Source: Stegostoma tigrinum
Lineage: Eukaryota
NCBI RefSeq assembly: GCF_030684315.1
Contig: NC_081380.1
Coordinates: 29,943,951 to 30,007,950, forward strand
Length of the DNA: 64,000 nucleotides
Direction of reading: 5' to 3'
This document shows positions 38,501-51,184 of the stretch, in pieces. Positions within the stretch are counted from its first letter, which is position 1. The number at the start of each line of letters is the position of its first letter. The notes below the pieces were generated by a model, which saw only the letters and a list, made by a program, of their open reading frames with translations, was not told the origin of the DNA and made no database searches. The position numbers were made by a program, and so were the translations under genes.

Positions 38501-39760
38501 TCGCCCTGCTGAATTAGTTTAAACCCACCCGAATAGCCTTAGCAAATTCCCCCCACCCAGGATAGCGGTACCCCTCTGGTTCAGGTGAAGACCATCTTGC
38601 TTGTAGAAGTCCCACCTACCCCAGAAAGAGCCCTAATTATCCAAGAATCCAAAACCCTCCCTCCAGCACCATCCCGGTAGCCATGTGTTCAATTCCTCTC
38701 TCTCCCTATTCCTCGCCTCACTAGCATGTGGCACTGGCAACAAACCAGAGACAACAACTCTGTTTGTCCTAGCTCTCAGCTTCCATCCTCGCTCCCTGAA
38801 TTTCTGCCTTAAATCCGCATCTCTCTTCCTACCTATGTCGTTGGTGCCAGTGTGGACCATGACTTGGGGCTGCTCCCTCTCCCCCTTAAAGATCCCAAAA
38901 ACACGATTCGAGACATCATGCACCCTGGCACCTGGGAGGCAACACACTAACCGTGAGTCTCTCTCGTCCCCACAGAACCTCCTATCTGTCCCCCTAACTA
39001 TGGAGTCCCCAATGACTAATGCTCTGCTCCTCTTCCCCCTTCCCTTCTGAGCAGCAGGGACAGACTCTGTGCCAGAGACCTGTGCCCCACTGCTTTCCCC
39101 TGGTAAGTCGTCCCCCCCCAACAGTATCCAAAACGGTATACTTATTGTTGAGGGGAACGGCCACAGGGGATCCCTGCACTGCCTGCCGGTTCCCTTTCCG
39201 TGCCCTGACCGAAACCCATCTGCCTTTTTCCTGTACTTGAGGAGTGACTACCTCCCTGTAACTCCTCTCAATAACCCCCTCTGCCTCCCGAATGATCTGA
39301 AGTTCATCCAGCTCCAGTTCCCTAATGTGGTTTTCAAGGAGCTGGAGTTGGGTGCACTTCCCGCAGATGTAGTCAGCAGGGACACTAGTGGTGACCCTTA
39401 CCTCCCACGTTCTGCAGGAGGAACATTCAACTGCCCTGACCTCCGTTCCCATTATTCTAAATTCCCAAGACTGTTAAAAAATAAAGAATAAAAAATAAAC
39501 TTGTTACCTTACCAATCAGGCACACAGAACCTTTTTTTTGGTTAGAGGAGGAGGATGGTTGGGAGACACTACCTGGGTAGTGTTTCGGGTAACGCAACCA
39601 CACAAATAAATTACCTCACTCACTCACCAGTCCCGTGTCGGCTCCTGCTCAGCGTCCCTCCGCCTGTTCATGAGGTAAGCTTTTTAACGATTCAAAAACA
39701 GTGACTCACCGGCTTCCCGACAGGCTCCTGCTGCAAGCTCCCGCTCGCGCTGCTGCTGCT
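35545..39760 (-). mobile_element. Near full-length CR1 LINE (ORF1 zinc finger + SGNH esterase; ORF2 APE endonuclease + RT), inactivated
   Basis: ORF1 39452-38633 with CxxC..CxxC and VIGDSIVRG, one frameshift. ORF2 38397-35638 with YFNARS, ISETW, GDFNFP and RT motifs; frameshift near 36810, stop at 36350, FADD changed to FADN. TTCTA-type 3' tail at about 35545. Confidence 0.95.
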
Positions 39761-39987
39761 GCAACCAGATGTCTAGTCACCTGGTCTAAGCAACCTGTGG
39801 TATACCTGGTTTTTGTGGTTCACAGGTGGTCATAGAATATTTCTTTGTACACAATATGTCACCTGCATCAATTCCTGTATAAATTTTCCCCCTTTAGGGG
39901 TTTGGCGAGTGCTACAAATTCTGTGACCTTGCTTAAACTAACTGTTAAAATCATGACGAGGGAAAAACAATGTTCAGGGAGAATCAA

Positions 39988-40140
39988 GGATAACAAGGTG
40001 TAGAGCTGGATGAGCTCGAAGAAGGGTCTAGGCCCGAAACGTCAGCTTTCCTGCTCCTCTGGTGCTGCTTGGCCTCCAGTGTTCATCCAGCTCCACACCT
40101 TGTTATCTCAGACTCTCCAGCATCTGCAGTGCCTACTATC
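39988..40140 (+). mobile_element. Penelope pLTR mini-insertion with short inverted 5' piece
   Basis: gataacaaggtgtagagctggatga is inverted relative to about 40084-40107; imperfect TSD ttcagggagaatcaa / ttcaggggaaatcaa. Confidence 0.75.
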
Positions 40141-40870
40141 TTCAGGGGAAATCAATTTGATTGAAGCGAACACAGGCAGAAATTGCTGGAAAAATTCAGT
40201 AGGCCTGATAAAAAAAACATCTGTGGACAGAAATTGGAATTAACACTCCAGGTCCAGTGACCCTTTGTTTCTGATTTCTAGCATCCTCAGTTCTTTGGGT
40301 TTTTTTTCTTTAAAGTGAACATTGTTTGGCCACATACTTGATATTCCTTTCATGTCAGTTGTCTACAGGCCTCAAGACTCACTGAGCTCTTGTACTCCAT
40401 GGGACCTCACCACATTTCAATTGTATCATCTTTAACTTTGGTACAAATATTTCAGATTTCAAAATGACGAGAGTTCCTTCCACGTTAGTGGCAATGTGTG
40501 GTAGCTTTAAAGTCACTCTGTCATTCTTACCCATAACTTGGACCTTTAAATCTAAATTTGCCATCGTTCAGTAGTTTAATGACTGGATATTGATTAAATT
40601 ATCAAATCTCTCTAAACTTCTTAGCTTCTTTTCTTTTCTCATTTGGACTCAAATTTGAATCCCCAAATTCTTAAACTTTGCAGCACAGTTGTAATCCAAA
40701 AATCCATCCAATCCAAGAATTCATTATAATTATTCCCAACGTTAGAGAAAAAAATTGTTTCGCACACAGACAGAAAAAAGTAGCACATACTCTTAATGAA
40801 AGGAAAAGAAAACAGAGAACTCAATTGCGACACCCTAAGCAGAAAACTGCATCAAAACAGCATACAAAAC

Positions 40871-40966
40871 TCCCTCTCTGATGAAGGGTCTAGGCCCGAA
40901 ACGTCAGCTTTTGTGCTCCTGAGATGCTGCTTGGCCTGCTGTGTTCATCCAGCCTCACATTTTATT
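40871..40966 (+). mobile_element. Solo Penelope pLTR fragment
   Basis: Flanked by TSD agcatacaaaac (40859-40870 / 40967-40978). Confidence 0.85.
40878..40905 (+). ncRNA. Minimal hammerhead ribozyme motif (Penelope pLTR)
   Basis: CTGATGAAGGGTCTAGGCCCGAAACGTC. Confidence 0.75.
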
Positions 40967-40996
40967 AGCATACAAAACGTACCATAATGGATTAAG

Positions 40997-42379
40997 AGAC
41001 CTCAAGTTCACCTAGGCCATCTCCAACACATCGCTCACCTTCCTGGACCTCTCTGTCTCCATCTCAGGCAACCAGGCAGAAACTGATGTCCACTTCAAGC
41101 CCACCAACTCCCACAGCTACCTAGAATACACCTCCTCCCACCCACCCTCCTGCAAAGATTCCATCCCCTATTTCCCAATTCCTTCGCCTTCGCCACATCT
41201 GCTCCCAGGATGAGGCATTCCACTCCCGCACATCCCAGATGTGCGCATTCTTCAAGGACTGCAAATTCGCCCCCGCAGTGGTCGAGAACGCCCTTGACCG
41301 TGTCTCCCGCAACACATCCCTCACACCCCGACTCCGCAATAACCGTCCAAACAGAATCCTCCTCATCCTCACATACCACCCCACCAACCTCCGGATACAA
41401 CGCATCATCCTCTGACACTTCCGCCATCTACAATCCAACCCCACCACCCAAGACATTTTTCCATCCCCACCCTTGTCTGCCTTCCCGAGAGACCACTCTC
41501 TCCGTGACTCCCTTGTTCGCTCCGCACTCCCCTCCAACCCCACCACACCCGGCACCTTCCCCTGCAACCACAGGAAGTGCTTCACTTGCCCCCACACCTC
41601 CACCATCACCCCCGTCCGAGGCCCCAAGATGACTTTCCATATTAAGCAAATGTTCACCTGCAGATCTGCCAATGTGGTATATTGTATCCACTGTACCTGG
41701 TGTGGCTTCCTCTACATTTGGGGAAACCAAGTGGAGGCTTGGGGACTGCTTTGCAGAACACCTCCACTCGGTTCGCTGTAAACAACTGCACCTCCCAGTC
41801 GTGAACCGTTTTAACTCCCCCTCCCATTCTTTAGATGACATGTCCATCATGGGCCTCATGCAGTGCCATAATGATGCCACCCGAAGGTTACAGGAACAGC
41901 AACTCATATTCCGCCTGAGAACCCTGCAGCCTAATGGTATCAATGTGGACTTCACAAGCTTCAAAATCTCCCCTTCCCCCACTGCATCCCAAAACCAGCC
42001 CAGCTCGTCCCCTCCCCCCACTGCATCCCAAAACCAGTCCAACCTGTCTCTGCCTCCCTAACCTGTTCTTCCTCTCACCCATCCCTTCCTCCCACCCCAA
42101 GCCGCACCTCCATCTACCTGCTAACCTCATCCCACCTCCTTGACCTGTCTGTCTTTCCTGGACTGACCTATCCCCTCCCTACCTCCCCACCTATACTCTC
42201 CTCTCCACCCAGCTTCTTTTCTCTCCATCTTCGGTCCGCCTCCCCCTCTCTCCCTATTTATTCCAGAACCCTCACCCCATCCCCCTCTCTGATGAAGGGT
42301 CTAGGCCCGAAACGTCAGCTTTTGTGCTCCTGAGATGCTGCTGGGCCTGCTGTGTTCATCCAGCTTCACACTTAGTTAT
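40997..42379 (+). mobile_element. 5'-truncated Penelope-like element (RT C-terminus, GIY-YIG endonuclease, pLTR)
   Basis: FLDLSVSI..KPTNSHSYL RT end; NVVYCIHCTWCGFLYI-GET GIY-YIG; imperfect TSD ccataatggattaa (40982-40995) / ccacaatggactaa (42380-42393). Confidence 0.92.
42289..42316 (+). ncRNA. Minimal hammerhead ribozyme motif (Penelope pLTR)
   Basis: CTGATGAAGGGTCTAGGCCCGAAACGTC, downstream of the GIY-YIG region. Confidence 0.78.
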
Positions 42380-43269
42380 CCACAATGGACTAAAACACTT
42401 TTAAGTGACAGTGGCCTGTAACCCACAAAACTACAGGGGCAGATTGTCCAGCCTAACTCTTTCACTCTGTCTCTCCAACACAGAATTGTTATGGGCTCAG
42501 CAGCATCTTTTCACAATCGGTCTCTGCTGAGTACTCATTGAGCAAACTGATCCCTCTTTTCTCCTGTAACTTAAAGTTGCCAATGATTCTGTCACACAAT
42601 GAAAGGTTTGCCCTGGTCTCGTACTCTGGCGGCAAATCCTGGTATGTGGTTTTAATATGTTGTCTCTTATTAACCATCACTCACCAATTTACTTCTTTAT
42701 TCCCTTCCATTGATATGTCACACAGTTTGCCTTCAGGAACTCCACTTTCCCAGCTCACTATCCTGTTCTACATTCTGTTTCGTTCTGTTCCTTGTTTATC
42801 TCTTCCTTCCTGTAAATAGATCCTCCAGTTTCTGCACACAGAAAGAGGCTAAATATTGGCATAGATACCCAAACTAGTTTTCTTTCTCTTGTCTTTTTCA
42901 CAGCCTTCTAAACTAATGCAGGAATTACCAAGGTAATTTCTCATATCATTTTCCAAACTCCTGTTCAAGTTTGTTTTTACCTCCCACCAGACCTTTTGTT
43001 TTTGTGATTGCTTCCTGAGATTCTAACTCTTTTTCTCCATTGTATCTATTGATTTTGGTCTCTAATCCATCTGAAGTTTAGTTACTGACCCCTCGGTTCT
43101 CCAACTAAAGATGTTGCTTTTAGACGTTTCTCTAATTTCACTGCACAGTCACCCCATGTGACTTTCTCCACCTCATATGGTCAGCTTTCACCTCTGGCCC
43201 TGCCCAGCAATGATTCTTGTTTCTGTCGCAGAACAGGCTGTTGATCTGCCGATGGTGAACTCCAAATGC

Positions 43270-43762
43270 ATTCTAAAGAAGAGTCATCTTGGGCTTGAAA
43301 TGTTAACTCTGCTTTTCTCTCTTCAAGGATGCTATAAGACCTCAGAGATAGTAAGAACTGCCAATGCTGGAGTCAGAGATAACGCAGTGTGGAGCTGGAG
43401 GAATACGGCAGGCCAGGCAGCATCAGAGGAGCAGGAAAGCTGACATTGTGGGTTGGGACCCTTCTTCAGAAATGAAGGATCCCTACCCTTCATTTCTGAA
43501 GAAGAGTCCCGACTTGAAACATCAGCTTTCCTGCTCCTCTAATGCTGCCTGACCTGCTGTGTTCCTCCAGATCCACGCTGCTGTGAGACCTGCTGAGTTT
43601 CTCCAGCATGTTTTATTCTTAATTTGGTATCAGTCAGAAGTCACACAACACCAGGTTATAGTCCACCAGGTTTATTTGAAATCACAAACATGTGGAACGT
43701 TGCTCCTTTGTTGGGTGAAGTCTTCAACTGTCCACACCAGTTCGACACTGGCACCTCCACAT
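43270..43762. mobile_element. Cluster of three Penelope-derived pLTR remnants, including an inverted pair at about 43345-43576
   Basis: Inverted arms around 43470-43490; degenerate ctgaagaaga..gaaac motif; a third family at 43633-43762. Confidence 0.7.
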
Positions 43763-44125
43763 TATTAGTTTGATATAACAGTGCAGTTGTGTGCACAACA
43801 TTTTGTGAGTAGATTTGCACAAATAAATTATAGACCTGTTAGGAGTCTAACAGAGGCTGTGATGACATTATTGGAATCCATAATTAACTTCAGATGGACT
43901 CAGCACTTGGGAGAAATTTGTGTTGATTAGAGAGAGACAACATTAGATTCCCAAAGGGTAGGTCATGTTCAATGAACCACATTGAAATTTTTGAGCAAGT
44001 AACTGAGACAGTAGACAATGGACTATCGATAGACATAACTTAGTAGAAGTTCCAGAAAATATTCAGTAATATTTTTTAAAATTGTTTGTAAAAATTTAAG
44101 ATCAATAATTGAAGGCAAATCATTG

Positions 44126-44410
44126 TACGGCACGGTGGCTCAGTGGTTAGCACTGCTGCCTCACAGCAAAAGAGACTTGGGTTCAACTCTAGTCTCGGGC
44201 AACTGTGAGTGTAGAGTTTGTACATTCTCCCCATGCCTTCTTGGGCTTCCTCCAGGTGATCTGGTTTCCTCCCACAGTCCAAAAGTAGCAGGTTAGGTGG
44301 ATTGGCCATGGCAAATGCAAGATTAAAGGGATAGGGTGGGATGCACTAAGGAGAATTGGTGTGGACTTGTTGAGCTGAATGGCCTCTCTCCACACTGTGG
44401 GGATTCTATG
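44126..44410 (+). mobile_element. HE1-type (V-SINE) tRNA-derived SINE
   Basis: ggcacggtggctcagtggttagcactgctgcctcacagc head; B box gggttcaactc; V domain gagtttgtacattctcccc; CR1-like tail gggattctatg. Confidence 0.85.
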
Positions 44411-45449
44411 GGGAAAAAAATGAGCTAGCTCATGGAAATCAGAGGGTACAGATAATATTCATGTACCTGCATCAAAACAAAATGCCAAATGGTCTCTACA
44501 AGGGTCTGTGCTGGGTCTTCTGTTATTCACTGTATTTCTCATATTTTCTACAGCACAACAAAAACTCATATTTTGCAGTTTTCCTACAGCATGAAGGTCA
44601 GTGAAGCCTCTATCATCAGCATCGATAGCTCCAGGCTACAATATCCATATAAAAGTGCACACTGCCCAGCAACCGATCGTCTTTGTGTAGAGTGCTAGCT
44701 GGCTCAGTTGCCTAGATGACTGGTGTGGATCAGTTTGGTGCCAAAAACATGGGTTCAGCCCCATTCCAATTGCGACAGATTCAGGACCTACTCTTTACCC
44801 ACGGTTGAGTTCATGGTGCTATTGGTTTGACTTGCCTTTGGGGAGAGAGATGTAGAGCAGAAGAAGTTGGTGTATGTAGTGCAAATTACAATGTTATAAA
44901 TCTGCATTGCCAAATCAAACTTGTGGGCAAAACTGTCGCAGATTGATTTCAATTGAGGTGAAGCCATTCATTTTAGCCAGAAAGGGATAGATTATAGTAG
45001 TTCTTAAATGATGAATACAAAAATGATAAAATACTAAAAGATTTAGGATTTAGATGTACGCAGAGGAGATTTATAAGAATGTCAGCAGGACTTGAAAATT
45101 GAAACTTTGGGAAAAGATTGCATAGGCTTGGATTGTTTCTTTTAGAACAGAGGAGGCTGAGGGATAACTGAATTGAGATGAAGTAGAGTGGATAGTGAAG
45201 ACCTGTTTCTCTCAGCACAAAGGTCATTTCCCAGAGACACAGACTTAATGTATTTTTTTAGGAGAATTGGAGTGGGCATAAGGAAAGATGCTTTTACCCA
45301 TATGGTAGTAGGTGTCTGAAATTAACTGCCTAGTTTGGTGGTTGAGACGAAAACCGTCATCCTCTTTAAAAGGAACATGAACCTTTACCTTAAGTGCTCA
45401 ACCTGCAAGGCCTCAAACCAGGTGCTGGAACGGGGGATTAGAACAGATG

Positions 45450-45945
45450 ATGAGAGATAGTGGTAACTACCGATGCTGGAGAATCTCCGATAACAAGGTG
45501 TAGAGCTAGATGAACACAGCAGGCCAAGCAGCATCAGAGGAGAAGGAAAGCTGATGTTTTGGGTCTGGACCCTTTTTCAGAAATGGGTGAGGGCAAAGGA
45601 TTCTGAAATAAATAGAGAGAATCAGGGAGGCAGATGGAAGATGAATAAAGGAGCAGATAGGTGAAGAGGAGACAGACAGGTCAAAGAGGTGAGGATGGAG
45701 CCAGTAAAGGTGAGTGTAGGCGGGGACATAGGGTGGGGATAGGTCAGTCCAGGGAGGACAGACAGGTCAAGGGGGTAGGATGAGGCTGGTGGATAGGAGG
45801 TGGGGGTGGGTCTTGAGTTGGGAGGATTGGATAGGTGGGAGGAAGTATGGACAGGTTAGGGAGGCAGGGACAAGCTGGGCTGGATTGGGATGTGGTCGGG
45901 GGAGGGGAGACATTGAAGCTTGTGAATACCATTGGGCTTCAGGGT
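45450..45945 (-). mobile_element. Penelope-like 3' end / pLTR, older subfamily
   Basis: Same pLTR text (gatgaacacagcaggccaagcagcatc) plus purine-rich tract. Confidence 0.8.
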
Positions 45946-46044
45946 TAGAATAGGTGATGCTATTATCTATGCCCCATGATGGACTGATTGACCTCTTTCT
46001 ACAATGTAACTTTTCAATGGTTCCAAACTGTACTAGTGATGTTA

Positions 46045-46935
46045 GAACATAGAACATAGAACAATACAGCGCAGAACAGGCCCTTCAGCCCTCGATGTTG
46101 TGCCGACCTGTGAACTAATCTAAGCCCATCCCCGTACACTATCCCACCATTACCCATATGCTTATCCAAAGACTGTTTAAATGCCCCTCATGTGGCTGAG
46201 TTAACTACATTGGCAGGCAGTGCGTTCCACGCCCTTACCACTCTCTGAGTAAAGATCCTGCTTCTGACATTTGTCTTAAATCTGTCACCCCTCAATTTGT
46301 AGCTATGCCCCCTCATACTAGCTGACGTCATCATCCTCGGAAAAAGACTCTCACTATCCACCCTATCTAATCCTCTGATCATCTTGTATGTCTCTATTAA
46401 ATCCCCTCTTAGCCTCCTTCTCTCCAATGAGAACAGACCCAAGTCCCTCAGCCTTTCTTCATAGGGCCTGCACTCCAGACCAGGCAACATCCTGGTAAAT
46501 CTCCTCTGCACCGTTTCCAATGCTTCCACATCCTTCCTGTAATGGGGCGACCAGAACTGCATGCAATATTCCAAGTGAGGCTGCACTAGCATTTTATACA
46601 GTCACAGAATGACATCACAGCTCCGGAACTCAATCCCTCTACCAATAAAACCTAACGCACCATAAGCCTTCTTAACAGCACTATCAACCTGGGTGGCAAC
46701 TTTCAGGGATCTATGTACATGGACACCAAAATCCCTCTGCACATCCACACTACCAAGAATCTTTCCATTGACCCAGTATTCTGCCTTCCTATTATTCCTC
46801 CCAAAGTGAATCTTCTCACATTTATCTGCATTGATGTCCATTTGCCACCTATCAGCCCAATTCTGCAGTTTATCCAAGTGTCCCTGCAACCTGCAACATT
46901 CTTCCACACTGTCCACCACTCCACTGACTTTATGA
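46045..46935 (-). mobile_element. 5'-truncated CR1 LINE
   Basis: RT C-terminal ORFs (LERRRLRGDLIETYKMIRG); agaacat-repeat tail; same subfamily as the 26095 copy (RMMTSA). Confidence 0.92.
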
Positions 46936-47499
46936 CCCCCACCGAATGATGTTCCACCATTCACTCAGGGAATCACAATGTATGACAATATACATTTTTA
47001 CATGCTTGTTGTAATCAGGAGTTCTTTAACTCCCAGACAGTGGCATGTGGTGGAAAGATTAGCATCCTTAACCTGTCTGACTGCAATTTGGAAACACCTT
47101 CTTCAGCTATTAAGTCTTGAATTCAGACTTGATCCCAGAGCTGTTGGCCCAGAGGCTAACACACTCCTCACTCCATCACATGTCAAAGATAAAAACATTA
47201 ATGGAAGTGTTAACCTTTCTAATTCAAGACCAAAGTGTAGTCTGTATGTATACAAAAACTTTGGATAAACTGGATCATTGTACACTTCTAACACTGTATC
47301 AAGGAAAGTTGTAGTTACCTTGAAAGAAGTGCAGTTCAGATTCACTAGAATGTTAGCAGCAAAAATTATGAGGAGAGATTATAGACATGAGTAAAAAAGT
47401 TTGAAGGCTGATTTAATTGAGATTTTTAGAATTTTGCAAGGAAAAGATAGGGTAGATAGAAACCTCTACTGTCGTTTAGCAAATTGAGGACAAAGAAGA

Positions 47500-48195
47500 A
47501 AGAAGCATTTGCATTTAGGTGGCACCTTTCACTGATCCATTTGACCTCTCAAAACCCCTTAAAACCAATGAAGTGTAGTTACTGTTGCAACATGGGAAGG
47601 GGATCAGCCAATTTACAAATTCCGACAAATAGTAAACTGATGCTGACCCAACAAATATTTTTCATGATGTACTGTTGAACTTTCAATAAATTAAAAGTAG
47701 TGTTGTGTTATCCTGTGCCTGAAATGTTTGAATTATACTTTTTCTTCAAGGTCTTTCTGCTTATTTTTGCACCTTATGGAGAAATTTCAAGGTGACTTAT
47801 TCTCCTGTAGGTTTAACCAATGCCTGCTGCCCAGATAATGGGTCTGAGATTTGTGATCAACAAGGTATTCAAGAGTCATGGGACACAGTCAACAAAGCAC
47901 TGTTGAAGCCACAAATTATATTCGTGAATATCTTTTCAAATGGCATAGCAGCCTCAAGGGGCTGGTTAGTCTGCTGCTGGTCATAGTTCTTATGTTTGCA
48001 TTCTTTTAAGAGATAATACACAGATACCACCACCACCAAACCACCCCCCCCCCCCCCACCCCACCCCCCGGCCCCACCGTTCTTCTCTGAAATTGTGCCC
48101 TGGGATCTTGTATGTTCACCATGGAGCCAAACTTGGACCCTGTCTAATTTCTCATTTCAAAAATGTCCCCTCAGAGGCAAGGGTGCTCCCATCTG
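47500..48195 (-). mobile_element. Decayed Deu-domain SINE (AmnSINE1/SacSINE1-like), interrupted
   Basis: gaagtgtagttactgttgcaacatggg..cagccaattt (about 47570-47612) and tgccctgggatcttgtatgttcacc (about 48096-48120) resemble the Deu core as I recall it. Confidence 0.5.
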
Positions 48196-50951
48196 AGTCA
48201 TAGCTGATATTAACTACAGGGACATAGCTTAAAATCAAAGTCATCATTCTGTAGAGAAGTACAGGAGATACATATTTGCATGACTGATGTTAAAAGTTTG
48301 AATCACTCTCCTGCAAAAAATAGTGGATGCTAACTCAAACTTTTAGGAATAGTAATGATAATAAAATTATAATTTTAAATTTGAGATCCATTGAATTTGG
48401 TTGCCAAATGTACTGGGGGACATGGACCTAAGATGGTTTAATAGGTTTGGAACAAAGATCAACTGTGATCTTATTGAATGTTAGAAAAGCCTCAAGGAAC
48501 AATATAGCCTCCTCCAAGTCCAATGTTCCAATGCAGATCAGAATTATGAGTGATATAACCACATCACTTATCAACAGTTTAACTAATCATTACTTATGGG
48601 AACCTATTGGACTCTGGCAGAAGCAATTTCTGAAATGGGAGTGACCTTTATGATATCAATTGAATGAACTGCCATTGGAATGTCTATTACTAATTGCCAA
48701 GGGAGTTGCAGAATTTAAATGGCCTTATGAGCCTGTTATTCAGGTTGCAAATCAACATTTAGGAATTTACTCATTTGTCTCTTTTCTATGTCTATGGAAA
48801 GTGTTCTGAAATATATATTTAGGAAGAAGGGCCCAAGCCTGAAACATCAGCCTTCCTGCTCTTGAGATGCTGCTTGGCCTGCTGTGTTCATCCAGCTCTA
48901 CACTTTGTTATTTCATATTTAGGACTGTAAGTCTGTTTTGCATGCCTGATTTTCCATAAAAAATGATACATTTTGATTACATCAAATGTGGTTATTATAA
49001 ATCCCTCTACATTTTGTGGAAAGAGTTACAGCTGTTTAAATCTATTTATGAAATGTAAAACCCAGCCAGTCTGTCAACTTGCAAAAAAAGATACCCAAGA
49101 ATGCTGTTACCGTTTCATTGTAATTTTATCATTAACTTTGTTTTCAGTATAGATGCAACAATGGAACGTTGGATAATGGGGAAACCTGTAAAAGTAGGTA
49201 AAGCATAGCGCAGAGTGGTCCCATTTGACTCTGTGAATGCAGCATGTGAAATCTACTTGCCTCAGTAAAAAAAAACCTGATATTGTGGTTCATTACAAAC
49301 TGTAAACCATCACTGATGTCACCTTCTAAAGCTAGGAGCGACCCTGTGATCACTGTTAAAAAGCAACAACTTTAACAACCATATGCCAGTGCCCTGGTTT
49401 AAGGCTCAAATATGGCTGTAGCGTAATAATTGTCTCCCGCAGTAAAGCATGAATGTCTCATACATTAGTCCCTGGTAAAGTTGTGGAATGAGAAGTACTT
49501 TCTGCAAACCTACTGTGCGTAAGACCTCCTATAGAGAGGCTTCTAAATTAATATTAATCAAAGAAGCCCTATATTAATTCAATGGTCCGCTTCTTTGAAA
49601 ATCCATCTTAACACAGTTTCTGGCTATTTAAAATTATTAATTTAGAGAATAGTGCATGTGAATGTTGAATGCAGAGAATTAAAAGATCTGTTCAATTACC
49701 CAACCAGGAAATGAAGCAACATTTAATGTCCCAGACCTTCAGTTTTTTTCAGTTTCATGTGAGTTATATTTTCAGTGATTCTAAGGGAATGTACACTACT
49801 AGAGGTTATTATGAAGTGTCTTCCTTTGATGTTTTCTTCTACAAGTCTTACATGTGGTTATTTATGTATCTCTTTAGATTAAGTTATTAGGAACTACCTT
49901 TGAAGAGAAGCAATCTAAATCAGCAAATTAGCAGTTCCACAACTCAAGCTTTTTATGCTGCTCAATCCAAGACTTTTACACTTTAATCATCCACATAGAT
50001 ACTAATCTCACTGAAGGCAATTTAATATCACAATCTTTAATATAAGGTTGAGAGGTCTAGAATTTCTGTTCTAAATTTCTAAACATTTTAATTAACATTT
50101 AGGGGGATTTTAACTTAAGTTTGTAAACCGTGTCATCAAAATTTTATTCATTTCTTTAAACTAGCTTCTAGTAATTACAAAGCTTACCATATGCATCGCA
50201 GTTAATTGCTTCAGGCTAAAGGATTTCACAAGTTCCAAGAAATTTTGTTGTACAGAGGCAACAGCAGATGTTGAGACAAGATAAAGCTTAAATGTTTTGT
50301 TGATAGTTTGATATTCCCTAAGTGAGAGAGCCCTGATTTGGGATTAATTTTCAACAGGAAATGTTATTTATTACATATGTTAAACAGCACAATTTACCTT
50401 GAAGTGTTACAATAAAATCTAATCCTCGCTTTTTCTTGATGTGTAAATATTCTTTCACAAGCTTACAAACTCACATAATAAAAATAAATGTATCTGTGTC
50501 CTTGCAGTTACACGGAACATTTTGGTGGATCCAATTAAATCTAAATGTCATGACCTTACTGAGTTGTTCATTTTTATTGACTCTCAAATATAAAAACTAT
50601 AAAACATAAATGGGGACATGTAAACTGCACAATTCAAATATACTTTAGTGGCGCTATAAAAATGAATCAAGACACATTTATGTTAAAGAGATTATATATA
50701 AACTTTGGAGAGAAAAGATTATCTAACTGTTTAAGACTGGCTCCTCTTGATAAATTTGTGCCATTTTGTTGAGACGTCCCACTGTTGGTGCATCTACTGA
50801 GGCAAACCTACTGAAGAATGCCAGCTCAACAACTAACATAATTTTAATTGATTTACACTTTTTCTTTCCGGATCCTTGTTTATCTTCAGTGTTTTATCAG
50901 GAATACAAAGGCTGTTTGGAATTTTATGAATTCTTTGTATATCTGCTAAAT

Positions 50952-51030
50952 ATGGCTTCATGGATCATTGAGAATCTCATTTTTACACTAATTCTTATTG
51001 TGGCAACAAATTTTATTCCTGGATATGCAG
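50952..51030 (+). CDS. tmigd1: TMIGD1-like, signal peptide exon
   Basis: aatATGG; MASWIIENLIFTLILIVATNFIPGYA G|gtatg (phase 1); hydrophobic leader; acceptor tttatcag ending at 50900. Confidence 0.75.
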
Positions 51031-51184
51031 GTATGCTTGCTATGTATTAATCATTTTCAGTGTCCAATGCAGATAATTATAACATTCTAAACTCATTTGA
51101 ATAATGTGAATTACAAATATCTATATCAGTGAATGTCCGTTTGGCACTTATCATATTTTGAATCAATGCAAACAGTATAGCAAG

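Noticed and set aside
44126-44210. tRNA-like A/B boxes (also near 44695, 33810-33890, 57900)
   Set aside because: These are SINE heads with no complete cloverleaf, so not tRNA genes.
48028-48078. C-rich tract (G-quadruplex potential on the minus strand)
   Set aside because: Low-complexity sequence inside a decayed repeat, with no supporting context.
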